In this document: in pieces, positions 31,484-41,592 of the stretch
Layout: each line of letters starts with the position of its first letter
Position numbering within the stretch: the stretch's first letter is position 1
DNA from: an uncultured Parachlamydiaceae bacterium
GTDB lineage: Bacteria > Chlamydiota > Chlamydiia > Chlamydiales > Parachlamydiaceae
Reading direction: 5' to 3'
Assembly (NCBI GenBank): GCA_963752155.1
Contig: CAVVXH010000011.1
Span: 64,001 to 128,000, forward strand
DNA: 64,000 nt
Notes under the pieces: generated by a model
Told to the model about the DNA's origin: nothing
Seen by the model: only the letters and a program-made list of their open reading frames with translations
Databases searched by the model: none
Translations under genes and position numbers: made by a program

Positions 31484-31777
31484 ATGATGACATTTATCTA
31501 TTTTACAGCAATTGTTCTGTTTCTTTTGCTGTGTGTATTGCTTTGCGCCACCATTTTAGTGCAAGAGAGTAAAAGCACCGGATTTGGGGCTTCATTTGGA
31601 GGGGATTCTTCGGATTCTCTTTTTGGGACCTCAACAGCTGACGTTTTGAAGAGGTTCACCGGATGGTTGGGGATTATTTTCCTTGTTTCATGTGTGATTC
31701 TTTCGATGTGGACGGCATCCATGGCGCATTCAAAGATTTCTAACCGGCCTGCCACGACTGAAATGATAGAGGGTTAG
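31484..31777 (+). CDS. secG: Preprotein translocase subunit SecG
   Basis: Two TM helices flanking ILVQESKSTGFGASFGG; follows tpiA. Confidence 0.92.
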   Translation: MMTFIYFTAIVLFLLLCVLLCATILVQESKSTGFGASFGGDSSDSLFGTSTADVLKRFTGWLGIIFLVSCVILSMWTASMAHSKISNRPATTEMIEG

Positions 31778-31787
31778 AAGGGAGGAA

Positions 31788-32046
31788 GAGATCTTACATG
31801 TAAAGTATCGTAACAGCTAAGAAAATGCGCGAATTGTAGCTCATCATTCCGATGTTGAGTGTAGCCACGTGGCCTCCAAATAGTCTAAACCACTGCGTGA
31901 AATCGTAATAACCAAAAAAAAAATGTGCTCAATTTGTTAGATGTTACGATCTTCACACAGTGGTTTAGACTATTTAGAGGGTTCGTGGCTACACTCAACA
32001 TCGGAATGATGAGCTACAATTTGCGCAATTTCTTAGCTATTTCGAT
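31788..32046. repeat. Palindromic element family A, copy 2
   Basis: Same 21-bp leader and hairpin as 8739-8996; lies between the convergent secG and def genes. Confidence 0.92.
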
Positions 32047-32047
32047 T

Positions 32048-32575
32048 TCACACAGATTTTGAATATTTCTTTTTAATCGCTTGAAGCCTAGGTTCAAGAG
32101 CTTTCCGTTCTCTCACTGGAAGACGATCAATAAAAAGAACTCCATGAAGATGATCGAGCTCATGATGTATAATACGCGCATCATAGCCATGAAATTCTTC
32201 AGTAAATGAACTTCCTTCCAAATCTAAAGCTGTCAATTGAATACTCAAAGGTCTTTTGACAGTACGATATAATTTAGGAATCGACAAACAGGCCTCAGAA
32301 TCGCTTTCCTCTTTGTTGCTATAGGCTAAAACTTTAGGATTAATAAAGACACGAGTCCTCTTAGGATCAATTTCCTCCTTTTCCCCAATAAAACACGCAA
32401 CAAAAACTGCCAAGGAATGATGAACTTGAGGAGCTGCTAGGCCGACACCTTCAGCAGCGACCATTGTTTCAATCATATCGGCAATAAGTTGTTTTAACTC
32501 CGGAGTTATCGACTCGACCAAAGCTCCTTTTTTCCGTAATACTGGATCTCCATAATAAGCAAGTGGTAATTTCAT
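32048..32575 (-). CDS. def: Peptide deformylase
   Basis: GVGLAAPQV, EACLS, HELDHLHG. Confidence 0.97.
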   Translation of the reverse strand: MKLPLAYYGDPVLRKKGALVESITPELKQLIADMIETMVAAEGVGLAAPQVHHSLAVFVACFIGEKEEIDPKRTRVFINPKVLAYSNKEESDSEACLSIPKLYRTVKRPLSIQLTALDLEGSSFTEEFHGYDARIIHHELDHLHGVLFIDRLPVRERKALEPRLQAIKKKYSKSV

Positions 32576-34587
32576 TTGCTATCCTTAGAGATAAGTTCCC
32601 GATAAATAAACGTAAGGATATCTGCTCTTTCATTAATCCACTCAACTGATTGGCTTGAATCATGACCCAGACCAGCACTTAGACGAAGAAATAGATTGCT
32701 GTCTTTATGGACATCTTGCAAAGCGGCTAAATACTTATAGCTATGAGAAGGCACGACGCGATCATCATGCTCAGAGGCTGTGACTAAAACAGAAGGAAAT
32801 TTTTCCGCTTTACTCACATTATGACAGGGTGAATACTTGCGTAAATAAGCGAAATCGTTGGGTTCATCGGGATCGCCATGTTCATTAATCCAAAAACGAC
32901 CGATTGTGAAAAGATGAAAACGAAGCAAATCCAATAAGCCCGCCTCGACAACAATCACTTTAAAAAGTTCCGGACACTGATTCGCTGAAGCTGCAACTAG
33001 CAAGCCACCGCTACTCATCCCAATTGCAGCTAAGAGATTATGCTTGGTATAGTTATTTTTTATCAGCCATTCAGCAGCGGCGATGAAGTCATCAAAAGAA
33101 TTTTGTTTATTTTCCCTTACAGCTCCCTTGTGCCAACTTTCTCCATATTCCCCTCCACCTCGAATACTTGCCAAAGCAAGGATGCCTCCTCTTTCTAACC
33201 AGAGCATATGCGCTGCGTTAAAAATAGGGTAATTGGTGATTCCATAAGCCCCATAACCTGTCAAAAGGGTTTGATTGTTTCCATCCAGTTTTATCCCTTT
33301 TTTATGGGCAATAAACATAGGAACTTTCATTCCATCTTTGCTTTTATAAAACACTTGCTGAATGGTAAAATGGCTCGAGTCAATATCAACCTTAGAATCT
33401 TTAAAGACAGTAGGAGCTATAGAACCTAATCGATAATGGTAAAGAGTTGGGGGTTGAAAAAAGTTGGTAAAGGAAAAGAATAGTTCGTTTTCTGCTGCAA
33501 CTGAATTTTGCGTAATTCTGTTAAAGCTAACTTTTCCTTGCGATGGCAAAGCAATATTGGTTACAAACTTTCCTTCTTTATCGAAAAGTGCTAGCTTATG
33601 AGCCACATTTTCTGAAATCACTAGACAAAAAGAATCTCCAATGGGAGCAACCCCATCGATTAGAAATTGGCCTTCAGAGATAAAATCATGCTTTTTATAG
33701 CTTTTATCAGCGATGTCAATATAAATTATTTTTCTAAAATCTGCATCTTTATTTGTCAAAAAATAGAGCTTTGTTTCTTTGCTACAAATATACCAATAAT
33801 TGGCTCCATCACAAGGTATTATTTTAACTGGATTGGAGTTAGCTGATTCAAGATCTACTACACTGATCGAATTTGGACCTGAAGAACCGTTAAATGCATC
33901 GATAATTAAATAACGATTATCTCTGGTTATAAAAGGGGTATATCCCACACTGCCATCGGATAAATCTTGATGAATCAATTGATCTTGACTTTGTTCCGAT
34001 CCCAAAGTGTGATAATGGATGCTATGAAAACTTTCATTATCATATCTCGAGTAGAAGAAGCCTTTGCTATCAGCTGACCAAACAATTGGAGAAAATTTGA
34101 TTTTTTCAACAGAATCTGTCAAATTCGACTCTGAATTCATATTCATAACTCTACATGTGAGCCAATCAGATCCATTTTCAGATATACTATAAGCCAAATA
34201 GTTCCCATTTGGGCTTAAAACAAAATTTTCAATACGTGTGCTTACCTCGAGTAAATTTGGATCGATAATGACGCGAGGGTTCTCATTGAGGGCATTTTGT
34301 ATGAATAACTTATGTTGCTTTTCAGAAGTATTTTTACTTGTGTAGAAATAGCGCCCATTTATTTTTTTTGGGATTGAATATTCGTCAGAAATTGTTAATT
34401 TTTTTAATGATTCTCTTATTTCATTAGGAAGTGACTGATCAGTCATGTAATCATTAAATGAGGATCGCTGCTGTTTTATCCAATTTTGAACTTGAATGGT
34501 TTCAACATTTTCAAGCCATTCAAAGTGATTTTGAGCTGATAACGAGGCCACAAAGCCCAAACACATACATAAGAATCTAAACTTCAT
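32572..34587 (-). CDS. Prolyl oligopeptidase (family S9A) with signal peptide
   Basis: WLE, NGSDW, IRGGGEYG..WH, nucleophile GMSSGG, DDRV and a C-terminal GH. Confidence 0.93.
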   Translation of the reverse strand: MKFRFLCMCLGFVASLSAQNHFEWLENVETIQVQNWIKQQRSSFNDYMTDQSLPNEIRESLKKLTISDEYSIPKKINGRYFYTSKNTSEKQHKLFIQNALNENPRVIIDPNLLEVSTRIENFVLSPNGNYLAYSISENGSDWLTCRVMNMNSESNLTDSVEKIKFSPIVWSADSKGFFYSRYDNESFHSIHYHTLGSEQSQDQLIHQDLSDGSVGYTPFITRDNRYLIIDAFNGSSGPNSISVVDLESANSNPVKIIPCDGANYWYICSKETKLYFLTNKDADFRKIIYIDIADKSYKKHDFISEGQFLIDGVAPIGDSFCLVISENVAHKLALFDKEGKFVTNIALPSQGKVSFNRITQNSVAAENELFFSFTNFFQPPTLYHYRLGSIAPTVFKDSKVDIDSSHFTIQQVFYKSKDGMKVPMFIAHKKGIKLDGNNQTLLTGYGAYGITNYPIFNAAHMLWLERGGILALASIRGGGEYGESWHKGAVRENKQNSFDDFIAAAEWLIKNNYTKHNLLAAIGMSSGGLLVAASANQCPELFKVIVVEAGLLDLLRFHLFTIGRFWINEHGDPDEPNDFAYLRKYSPCHNVSKAEKFPSVLVTASEHDDRVVPSHSYKYLAALQDVHKDSNLFLRLSAGLGHDSSQSVEWINERADILTFIYRELISKDSK

Positions 34588-34769
34588 TGGACACCTCTTC
34601 CTTGAATGGATGTTGAATTGCCACTATGATAAAGCTTCAAATGTTTAAATAAAATACATTTTTTCTAAAGCTCTCATGTGCAATTGACACCATTACAATT
34701 TAATTAAATAAAAACTTGTATCATCAACGTAAAGATTACTACTGGCGCCATTACAATTTATAAGAACTT

Positions 34770-35960
34770 TCACGTGGATCTTTTAAATGAGTAATCTAAC
34801 GGACGCTCTGGACTTAGGTCTCGCAAAAACTCTTCACAATTTAAACATAAGATCTTTTTTTTGTAAATGCGCTCTTTCCCTCGATATAGAAAAAGAGCGG
34901 TTGCTTCAGGATAATCCTCCATAAAAGAAACAAGCGGTTGAAGGTCTGAAATAGAAATGCTTTCCGAATTTTTAACCTCAATAGCCCAAAAACCTTTAGG
35001 ACCTAATACAATAAAATCAACCTCTACCCCTGAGCGTGTCCTCCAAAAATGTAAAGTATGCTTTTCAGAGGTATAGTCCGCCCATGCTCTCAAATGTTGT
35101 GCAACAAGTCCTTCTAACGCGAAACCATCCAACTCCGTAGAAATATCTCCAATAGAAAATGGACGTAGCGCCCTAAAAACACCTGGATCAAAGAAGTAAA
35201 ACTTTGGATGAACACTCAATTCTCTCTTGGCTCGATGCGTAAAGACTTGAATTTGATAGGTTAAAAGCATATCTTCCAAAATGGAGATCCAACTATCAAC
35301 AGTCGTTCTTTTAACCTTACATTCTCTCGAAATATTTGTCACATTAAGAATAGAACTATGCGAAAAACTCATTGTTTGCAAAAAACGATTGAAAGGTTCT
35401 ATATGACGTATCAATCCTTCTGCCTTAACTTCTTCCTCAATATACAACGAAATATAAGTTTGAAGAAAATCGCTTGGATTCTTATGATCGAATCTCAACG
35501 GAAGAAGTCCATTAAGCAAAGCATCTTCAAGACTAAATTTATCTTTAATTTCGATGGCCATATAAGGATGCATGACTCTTTTGAGTGCACGTCCTCCAAG
35601 TAAATCAATACCTTCTCGCTTTAATTTACGAGCACTTGAGCCTGTTAAAATAAATTTCCAACCACGCTTTTCTTCAATAAGAATATGAACAACCGGTAAT
35701 AAATTTGGTACTTTTTGAATTTCATCAATGATTATAACATTCTCATTAGAGCAAGCGTGTACTAGAGAGATCAATTGATCTGGATTAGCAGTGAAGCGTA
35801 ATCTCTCCTTATATAACCGTAAATCGATTAAAAGTGCACTGGGATGACTCATAGAGGCGAAAGTTGACTTTCCTGTTCCTCTTGGGCCAAAAAGAAAGTA
35901 GCTTGTTTCGGGCTCTTGGAAAATACGTTTAACATGATTGATCGTCATTTTAAGTCTCAT
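34770..35960 (-). CDS. AAA_14 ATPase with DUF4143 domain
   Basis: GPRGTGKS, IIIDEIQK, TGSSARKL, HPKFYFFDPG, EVDF...AIEVK. Confidence 0.92.
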   Translation of the reverse strand: MRLKMTINHVKRIFQEPETSYFLFGPRGTGKSTFASMSHPSALLIDLRLYKERLRFTANPDQLISLVHACSNENVIIIDEIQKVPNLLPVVHILIEEKRGWKFILTGSSARKLKREGIDLLGGRALKRVMHPYMAIEIKDKFSLEDALLNGLLPLRFDHKNPSDFLQTYISLYIEEEVKAEGLIRHIEPFNRFLQTMSFSHSSILNVTNISRECKVKRTTVDSWISILEDMLLTYQIQVFTHRAKRELSVHPKFYFFDPGVFRALRPFSIGDISTELDGFALEGLVAQHLRAWADYTSEKHTLHFWRTRSGVEVDFIVLGPKGFWAIEVKNSESISISDLQPLVSFMEDYPEATALFLYRGKERIYKKKILCLNCEEFLRDLSPERPLDYSFKRST

Positions 35961-36046
35961 TTTGACATTGCTAATGTCATTTTGAGTCTCAATTTGACAT
36001 TAGCAATGTCATTTTGAGTCTCATTTTGACATTTTTAATGTCATTT
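35944..36046. repeat. Three tandem 32-bp repeats over the start/upstream region of the AAA/DUF4143 gene
   Basis: GTCATTTT(A/G)AGTCTCA(T/A)TTTGACATTnnnAAT at 35944, 35976 and 36008. Confidence 0.9.
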
Positions 36047-36120
36047 AAGCATTTAATTCTTTTATTCGCAAGAACGTGAATGCTCACGGCTGCAATGACT
36101 GTTGCAGAATACTAAGAAAA

Positions 36121-36265
36121 ATTAAACACAAAGGCACGAAGGCACAAAGAGCACAAAGAGATCTTACATGTAAAGTATAAAATCTACCTTTTTTTTCTTT
36201 AAACTGAAAATTCTTCGCGTAAGATCTCTTTGTGCTCTTTGTGCCTTCGTGCCTTTGTGTTTAAT
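36121..36265. repeat. Perfect 47-bp inverted repeat with a 51-bp spacer, containing the family A leader
   Basis: 36121-36167 is the reverse complement of 36219-36265; GAGATCTTACATGTAAAGTAT starts at 36158. Confidence 0.92.
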
Positions 36266-36283
36266 CTTTCCTATACTTTAAAA

Positions 36284-36484
36284 TTAATTTTTTACCACAA
36301 AACTTAACTTCACATTCACGCGAAATTTTGTAATTTTATCGTCTTCGACCAAACCTTCTATATATTCCACATTGACCTGTTTAATAAATTTGACTGTTTT
36401 AGCAGCCTCTGCAACTGCAGATTTTATAGCCTCATCGATCGAAGAACCTTCACTGATGACTTCAATGATCTTAACAACTGACAT
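36284..36484 (-). CDS. Dodecin family flavin-binding protein
   Basis: 66 aa; KIIEVISE..SIDEAIKSAVAEAAKTV...FRVNVKLSF. Confidence 0.88.
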   Translation of the reverse strand: MSVVKIIEVISEGSSIDEAIKSAVAEAAKTVKFIKQVNVEYIEGLVEDDKITKFRVNVKLSFVVKN

Positions 36485-36604
36485 GGTGACCTCCTAATGA
36501 TTTTAAATTAATTCCTACTAAAATCTTCGATTTCACACAACATAAAAAACAGTAGACTTTCATCAAAAAATTATTATACTTAAATCATACAGAAGGAGGA
36601 ACAG

Positions 36605-38902
36605 ATGGTTAAGTCGCATCACTTAGGTTTTCCACGCATTGGTTTACATCGCGAAATGAAAAAAGCTGTCGAAGCCTATTGGTCAGGAAAAATAGATGCT
36701 AAAACCCTCGAAGCTGAAGGAGTAAAAATCCGAGCAGCTAACTGGGCTTTGCAAGCTCAGGCGCCTCTCGATTGGTTCTCTGTCGGGGACTTCTCTTGGT
36801 ATGACCATGTGCTGGACATGTCAGCACTATTAGGGGCTATCCCTTCTCGTTTTGGCCAGATCAAAGACGAGGTCGATCTCGATACCTACTTTTGTATGGC
36901 ACGAGGGGGAATCTTGAATGGAAAAGATGTCCAAGCCTGCGAAATGACCAAATGGTTTGACACGAATTACCATTACATCGTCCCCGAACTCACTGAGCAG
37001 CAAATTTTCAAACTATCAAGTCACAAGTTATTTAGAGAAATTGACGAAGCTCAACAACTCGATCATGCGGTTAAACCTATGCTCATAGGCCCACTCACGT
37101 ACCTATGGCTAGGGAAAGTCAAAGGATCAGAATTCGATCGCTTGAAATTGCTTCCTAAGTTGATCCCTATTTACCAAGAAATATTTGCTCTATTAAAAAA
37201 ACAAAAAATCTCATGGGTGCAGCTAGATGAACCTATTTTAGCTTTAGAACTCTCTAAAGACTGGCAAGAGGCTTTTGCAAAAACTTACCAAGCTCTCGGT
37301 GAAAATTCAGAGTTGTCATTGATGGTCACGACCTATTTTGCAGGACTGCAAAACAACTTATCTTTAGCTTGTAATCTACCTGTGGAAGGTCTTCACATCG
37401 ACATTGTACGAGCTCCTGAGCAACTTCAACCTGTCGTCGATCAACTCCCCAAAAACAAAATTCTATCTGTAGGAATCATTGATGGCCGCAATGTCTGGCG
37501 AGCTAATTTGATGAAAGCCTTAGACATTTTAGATCCTTTAAAAGCTTCATTAGGAGATCGCTTATGGATAGGGAGCTCTTGCTCATTTTTACACTGTCCT
37601 GTCGATTTAAGAACCGAAATTCTTCTAGACGACTTAACCTTTGAACTTAAAGATCAGCTGGCATTTTCTGTTCAAAAGATCGAAGAAATTGTGCTATTGG
37701 CAAATATCCTGAATTTAGGTCGATCAAGTTTTATAGATACTTTAAAGATCAATAAAGCCATTGCTGATGCTAGGCTTTTAAGCCAAGTCATCCACGACAC
37801 AGAGGTTAAGCACTGCTGTGCCAATATTACTTCCGAAATGTTAAATCGAAAAAGTCCTTATGCCGTGCGTCAAAAAAAACAAAAAGCTGCTTTGAATCTG
37901 CCTCTCTTCCCTACAACAACCATAGGGTCCTTCCCACAAACCAAGGAAATACGCGCTTTACATCACAATTTTAAATCAAAACAGATCACACCGGAAGAGT
38001 ATAAGCAAAACATCGAACGTTACATCGGTGATCTAATCTATTGGCAAGAAAAAATGGATCTCGATGTGTTGGTCCACGGCGAAGTAGAACGTAATGATAT
38101 GGTAGAGTATTTCGCTTCAATGCTTAAAGGATTTGCTATCACAGAAAATGGTTGGGTACAGAGCTACGGTTCACGTTGCGTGAAGCCTCCGATTATTTTT
38201 GGAGATGTCAGTCGTCCAACACCTATGACTATCGATTGGATCAGCTTTGCACAATCTCTCACAAAAAAGCCTGTCAAAGGAATGCTCACAGGCCCAATCA
38301 CTCTCATTCGATGGTCTTTTATTCGCGATGATCAAAGCCCCTACGAAACAGCTAAACAAATCGCTCTGGCTCTTCGCGATGAAGTGCTCGATCTTGAAAA
38401 AGCAGGGATTAAAGTCATACAAATTGACGAACCTGCATTCCGTGAAGGTCTGCCCTTAAGAGAAAGCGAAAGGGAACAATACCTAGAAGAAGCAATCACT
38501 TGCTTTCATTTGGCTTCATCAGGAGTTCAAGATGAAACCCAAATTCACACCCACATGTGTTATTCAGAATTTAATCAAATTATCGAAGCGATCGCACAAT
38601 TAGATGCTGATGTGATTTCTATCGAAGCTTCTCGTTCCGATATGGAATTATTACAGGCATTTAAAACATTTTCTTATCCTAATGGAATTGGTCCAGGGAT
38701 CTATGACGTTCACTCACTTCGTATTCCTACAGTCGAAGAAATATATAGTAAAATCGAAAAAGCTGCTTCCATTATTCCTGTTGATCAGTTGTGGGTCAAT
38801 CCGGACTGTGGTTTAAAAACACGCTCTTGGGCAGAAACTGAAGCATCTCTTGGACACCTCGTGACCGCAGCAAAACTTGCAAGAGAGAGGTTTAGTCATT
38901 AA
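36605..38902 (+). CDS. metE: Cobalamin-independent methionine synthase
   Basis: LGFPRIG, KWFDTNYHY, PTTTIGSFPQT, VHGEVERNDMV, HTHMC, WVNPDCGLKTR. Confidence 0.98.
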   Translation: MVKSHHLGFPRIGLHREMKKAVEAYWSGKIDAKTLEAEGVKIRAANWALQAQAPLDWFSVGDFSWYDHVLDMSALLGAIPSRFGQIKDEVDLDTYFCMARGGILNGKDVQACEMTKWFDTNYHYIVPELTEQQIFKLSSHKLFREIDEAQQLDHAVKPMLIGPLTYLWLGKVKGSEFDRLKLLPKLIPIYQEIFALLKKQKISWVQLDEPILALELSKDWQEAFAKTYQALGENSELSLMVTTYFAGLQNNLSLACNLPVEGLHIDIVRAPEQLQPVVDQLPKNKILSVGIIDGRNVWRANLMKALDILDPLKASLGDRLWIGSSCSFLHCPVDLRTEILLDDLTFELKDQLAFSVQKIEEIVLLANILNLGRSSFIDTLKINKAIADARLLSQVIHDTEVKHCCANITSEMLNRKSPYAVRQKKQKAALNLPLFPTTTIGSFPQTKEIRALHHNFKSKQITPEEYKQNIERYIGDLIYWQEKMDLDVLVHGEVERNDMVEYFASMLKGFAITENGWVQSYGSRCVKPPIIFGDVSRPTPMTIDWISFAQSLTKKPVKGMLTGPITLIRWSFIRDDQSPYETAKQIALALRDEVLDLEKAGIKVIQIDEPAFREGLPLRESEREQYLEEAITCFHLASSGVQDETQIHTHMCYSEFNQIIEAIAQLDADVISIEASRSDMELLQAFKTFSYPNGIGPGIYDVHSLRIPTVEEIYSKIEKAASIIPVDQLWVNPDCGLKTRSWAETEASLGHLVTAAKLARERFSH

Positions 38903-39773
38903 AAATTCGATCATTTTTGAGATCATTCCTCCTCCTTCAACGTGGGACGCTCAGCATGTAATGAATTGGGTGCACCAGGTTTGTGAAATCATGCAGCGAG
39001 AAGAGATCTACACTTTAAATTTGCCTGAGGTTCTGAATGAAAGCAGAGAAGGGAAACGCAACTTTCCTTATGCTAAGAAAATCGATAATTTACGGTTCGC
39101 CGATATCATCAAAAAAGAACTGCCTCTCTTGTTTCCTATCCCTTATAAAATTATTCCTATGCTTCCTCCTTCAAAATTTCATAACTGGATCGAATCTGTA
39201 CACCGTAAAGGGATACGAAAAGTCGTGCTTGTTGGTGGGGAAAGTCATCAAATTCAATATCCTGGATATAGTGTAGAGGATGGGACTGCTTACATTAAGC
39301 AATATTTTGATGACATCGAAATCGGAGGAATTACAATATTCACACGTCCTCATGAGGCGCAAAGGATCATCAAAAAAATAAAAAGCGGGATCACTTTTTT
39401 TTGCTCCCAGATTATTTTTGAAACAGCAAATCTCAAACAGGTGATCAGTGAATTGCAAACCCTTTGCACAGAAGAAAAGCTCCCTTTACCTAAAATTTAC
39501 ATCTCACTGTCACCTGCATCAGAGTTAAAAGATATTGATTTCATTAAATGGCTTGGGGTTGAATTTCCTTCTGCCATCTATGCTTATCTGACAGAACCTA
39601 ATGTTGACATTACAACTCGCTGTTTTTCGATTTTAGAACGGATCATCGACGAACTTTTCGATTTCATCGCTCATACGAATATTCACCTTGGATTTAATGT
39701 CGAACATGTACGATACACTAATTTACAACTAGCGGCGCAGCTGATAAAATATATCAAAAATCGTAATCCTTAA
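38877..39773 (+). CDS. Atypical methylenetetrahydrofolate reductase-like protein (MetF-like; start uncertain)
   Basis: N-terminal FEIIPP, VLVGG, FFCSQI and IKWLG motifs; directly downstream of metE. Confidence 0.7.
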   Translation: MQERGLVIKNSIIFEIIPPPSTWDAQHVMNWVHQVCEIMQREEIYTLNLPEVLNESREGKRNFPYAKKIDNLRFADIIKKELPLLFPIPYKIIPMLPPSKFHNWIESVHRKGIRKVVLVGGESHQIQYPGYSVEDGTAYIKQYFDDIEIGGITIFTRPHEAQRIIKKIKSGITFFCSQIIFETANLKQVISELQTLCTEEKLPLPKIYISLSPASELKDIDFIKWLGVEFPSAIYAYLTEPNVDITTRCFSILERIIDELFDFIAHTNIHLGFNVEHVRYTNLQLAAQLIKYIKNRNP

Positions 39774-40255
39774 ACTTGCCGAGTGCGTCGAGTATACAAG
39801 AATTGGAGAATCATCAAAAAGGCAGGGACTAATAAATCTGTCCACAAAGGGACTCCAATGTTCCCAGCTGAATCATTTCGTCTAATAAGATAATCATAAT
39901 AATGATGAACACCGTCGCTAAAGATCCAAATGGAAAACCCCAGAACCGTTGCCAACCAGAAATTTTCTCTATACCAAATGGAAAGTACCCCTAAACAACC
40001 AAAGGCTAGGTTAACGTTCGCTAACTGTTGCTCAAACGGTGAGGCCGGCCACCCAGTATAATCTGCAATATATTCATCCAAAAACGTGAGTCCAAAAAAT
40101 GCCACTAAACTTGTCAAACCAATACTAAAAACAATTTGATAGAGCAAAAGGAGTTCTAATACTCTCGATTTGGTTCTTGATGCCTTTGGAAGAGTTAAGA
40201 CATGAATGAAAAATCCTAAAAATCCTAAAGCATAAATAGAAAGAAAAAAGATCAC
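39770..40255 (-). CDS. Membrane protein, DUF6790-like
   Basis: About five TM segments; GWPASPFEQQLANVNL; probable GTG start at 40255 after GAGG. Confidence 0.6.
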   Translation of the reverse strand: MIFFLSIYALGFLGFFIHVLTLPKASRTKSRVLELLLLYQIVFSIGLTSLVAFFGLTFLDEYIADYTGWPASPFEQQLANVNLAFGCLGVLSIWYRENFWLATVLGFSIWIFSDGVHHYYDYLIRRNDSAGNIGVPLWTDLLVPAFLMILQFLYTRRTRQV

Positions 40256-40257
40256 GA

Positions 40258-41403
40258 TTAAAACCTCTTCATATAATGCACACCGAGAGTGCTCATGCAG
40301 TGCTTTATTGTAGACCAAGCCATTTTTTGTCTTGCTGGTAAGTGTTTGGCATAGACTGCCAAATATTCGATAACCCCCTCTGCACGACGCACAGACTTAA
40401 AAAAAGAAGCCCCGGCACTTTGATTAAAAAAATGAGCATTTTTTTGTGCTTCAAGCAATAATATCGTATTTAAAAGACGATATATCACTGAATGATCCGC
40501 CTCGGTCTTATCAAAGCCAAAAAAAGGACAATACATCACTCCATCCACTTGGATATAGCCTACAACGCCTTTAATCTCATTTTCTTTCTTAAGAGCCTTA
40601 AAATGAATCAACTTTTGTTTGAATAATAAATCCATAAACTCTTTATTCATTTGTGGATGAAGTGTAGAATGCTGCAAGACGTATAGTAAATTTCTGAGTC
40701 TTAAAAATTGATCGCAATCTTCAATCGATAATTCTGTTTCATCAATAATTGAATAATCGGAACGGTTCAAAAGCCGTAAATCGCTTTTAAAAATGCGGGT
40801 TCGAAAAATTTCTTCCTTGGAACTATCCGTAATATAAACCACTCTGCTTGGAATAAGCTTAAAACCACTTTCCTTTAACGAACAGATGGTGGCTGAGTTG
40901 GTCATTTCATTTAAAGAACGAAAAAGGATTGCTTTCTCAGGAAACATTTCTGAAAGAAAATCAACAATGATTTTGAAATGTTCTGTCGTCAAACCAGGAG
41001 GATACAGATCTGTTGAAAAGGTCCAATTGTTCACATAAACGACAGAATCGATCCTTCCAATCTTAACCATTTTTCCTAGCAGGTCGACTAGGGGTTTGAC
41101 CATAGAAACGATAAAAGGATTAGGAATCAAGTTCACATTCTGCTTTCCAAATGTGATATAATGTTGATAAGGAGAACAGACATAGGAATTATCGTTATGC
41201 CTTTCTGTAGGTACGATCACAGGAAAAATAAAATCATCTATTTTAAGGATCGAAATTTCCGCCTGAATATTGTGTATATAATGTTGAATCCCATTCTTTA
41301 CCAATGGTTCCAAAAATCGTTTAGCATAGGATCCATGCTCTGTTTCAGGCCACTCAAGCGTATCAATCGTGTGTACATCATATAGGGAGGGAGTCGTTAT
41401 CAT
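40258..41403 (-). CDS. Hypothetical GNAT/FemAB-like protein
   Basis: SYVCSPY, VYVNNW.FSTDLYP, FRSLN, SRVVY, NQSAGASFFK..R; the C-terminal half resembles an acyltransferase fold. Confidence 0.6.
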   Translation of the reverse strand: MITTPSLYDVHTIDTLEWPETEHGSYAKRFLEPLVKNGIQHYIHNIQAEISILKIDDFIFPVIVPTERHNDNSYVCSPYQHYITFGKQNVNLIPNPFIVSMVKPLVDLLGKMVKIGRIDSVVYVNNWTFSTDLYPPGLTTEHFKIIVDFLSEMFPEKAILFRSLNEMTNSATICSLKESGFKLIPSRVVYITDSSKEEIFRTRIFKSDLRLLNRSDYSIIDETELSIEDCDQFLRLRNLLYVLQHSTLHPQMNKEFMDLLFKQKLIHFKALKKENEIKGVVGYIQVDGVMYCPFFGFDKTEADHSVIYRLLNTILLLEAQKNAHFFNQSAGASFFKSVRRAEGVIEYLAVYAKHLPARQKMAWSTIKHCMSTLGVHYMKRF

Positions 41404-41592
41404 TTACCTACCTTTAAAAACGTTGCCGAATATTAATTTTTCCATAATAATGGATTTTAATATAATTGCCATAAAAAACTTTCACATTCTGGTATATTTC
41501 GCACACGGATGGAGAGACTCAAAAATAAGGTGTTCTATTTGCAATTCAAATTTTCTCTTAAAAAACCCCATTTCTGGAATGACGTATACAAA

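Noticed and set aside
31778..32047. tRNA or known ncRNA downstream of secG
   Set aside because: There is no cloverleaf, T-loop or CCA; the region is a long hairpin repeat.
35944..36046. 32-bp repeats as a mini-CRISPR or plasmid iterons
   Set aside because: The repeats are directly tandem without spacers, and there is no cas or rep gene.
36485..36604. SAM or cobalamin riboswitch upstream of metE
   Set aside because: The spacer is short and AT-rich, with no recognisable aptamer core.
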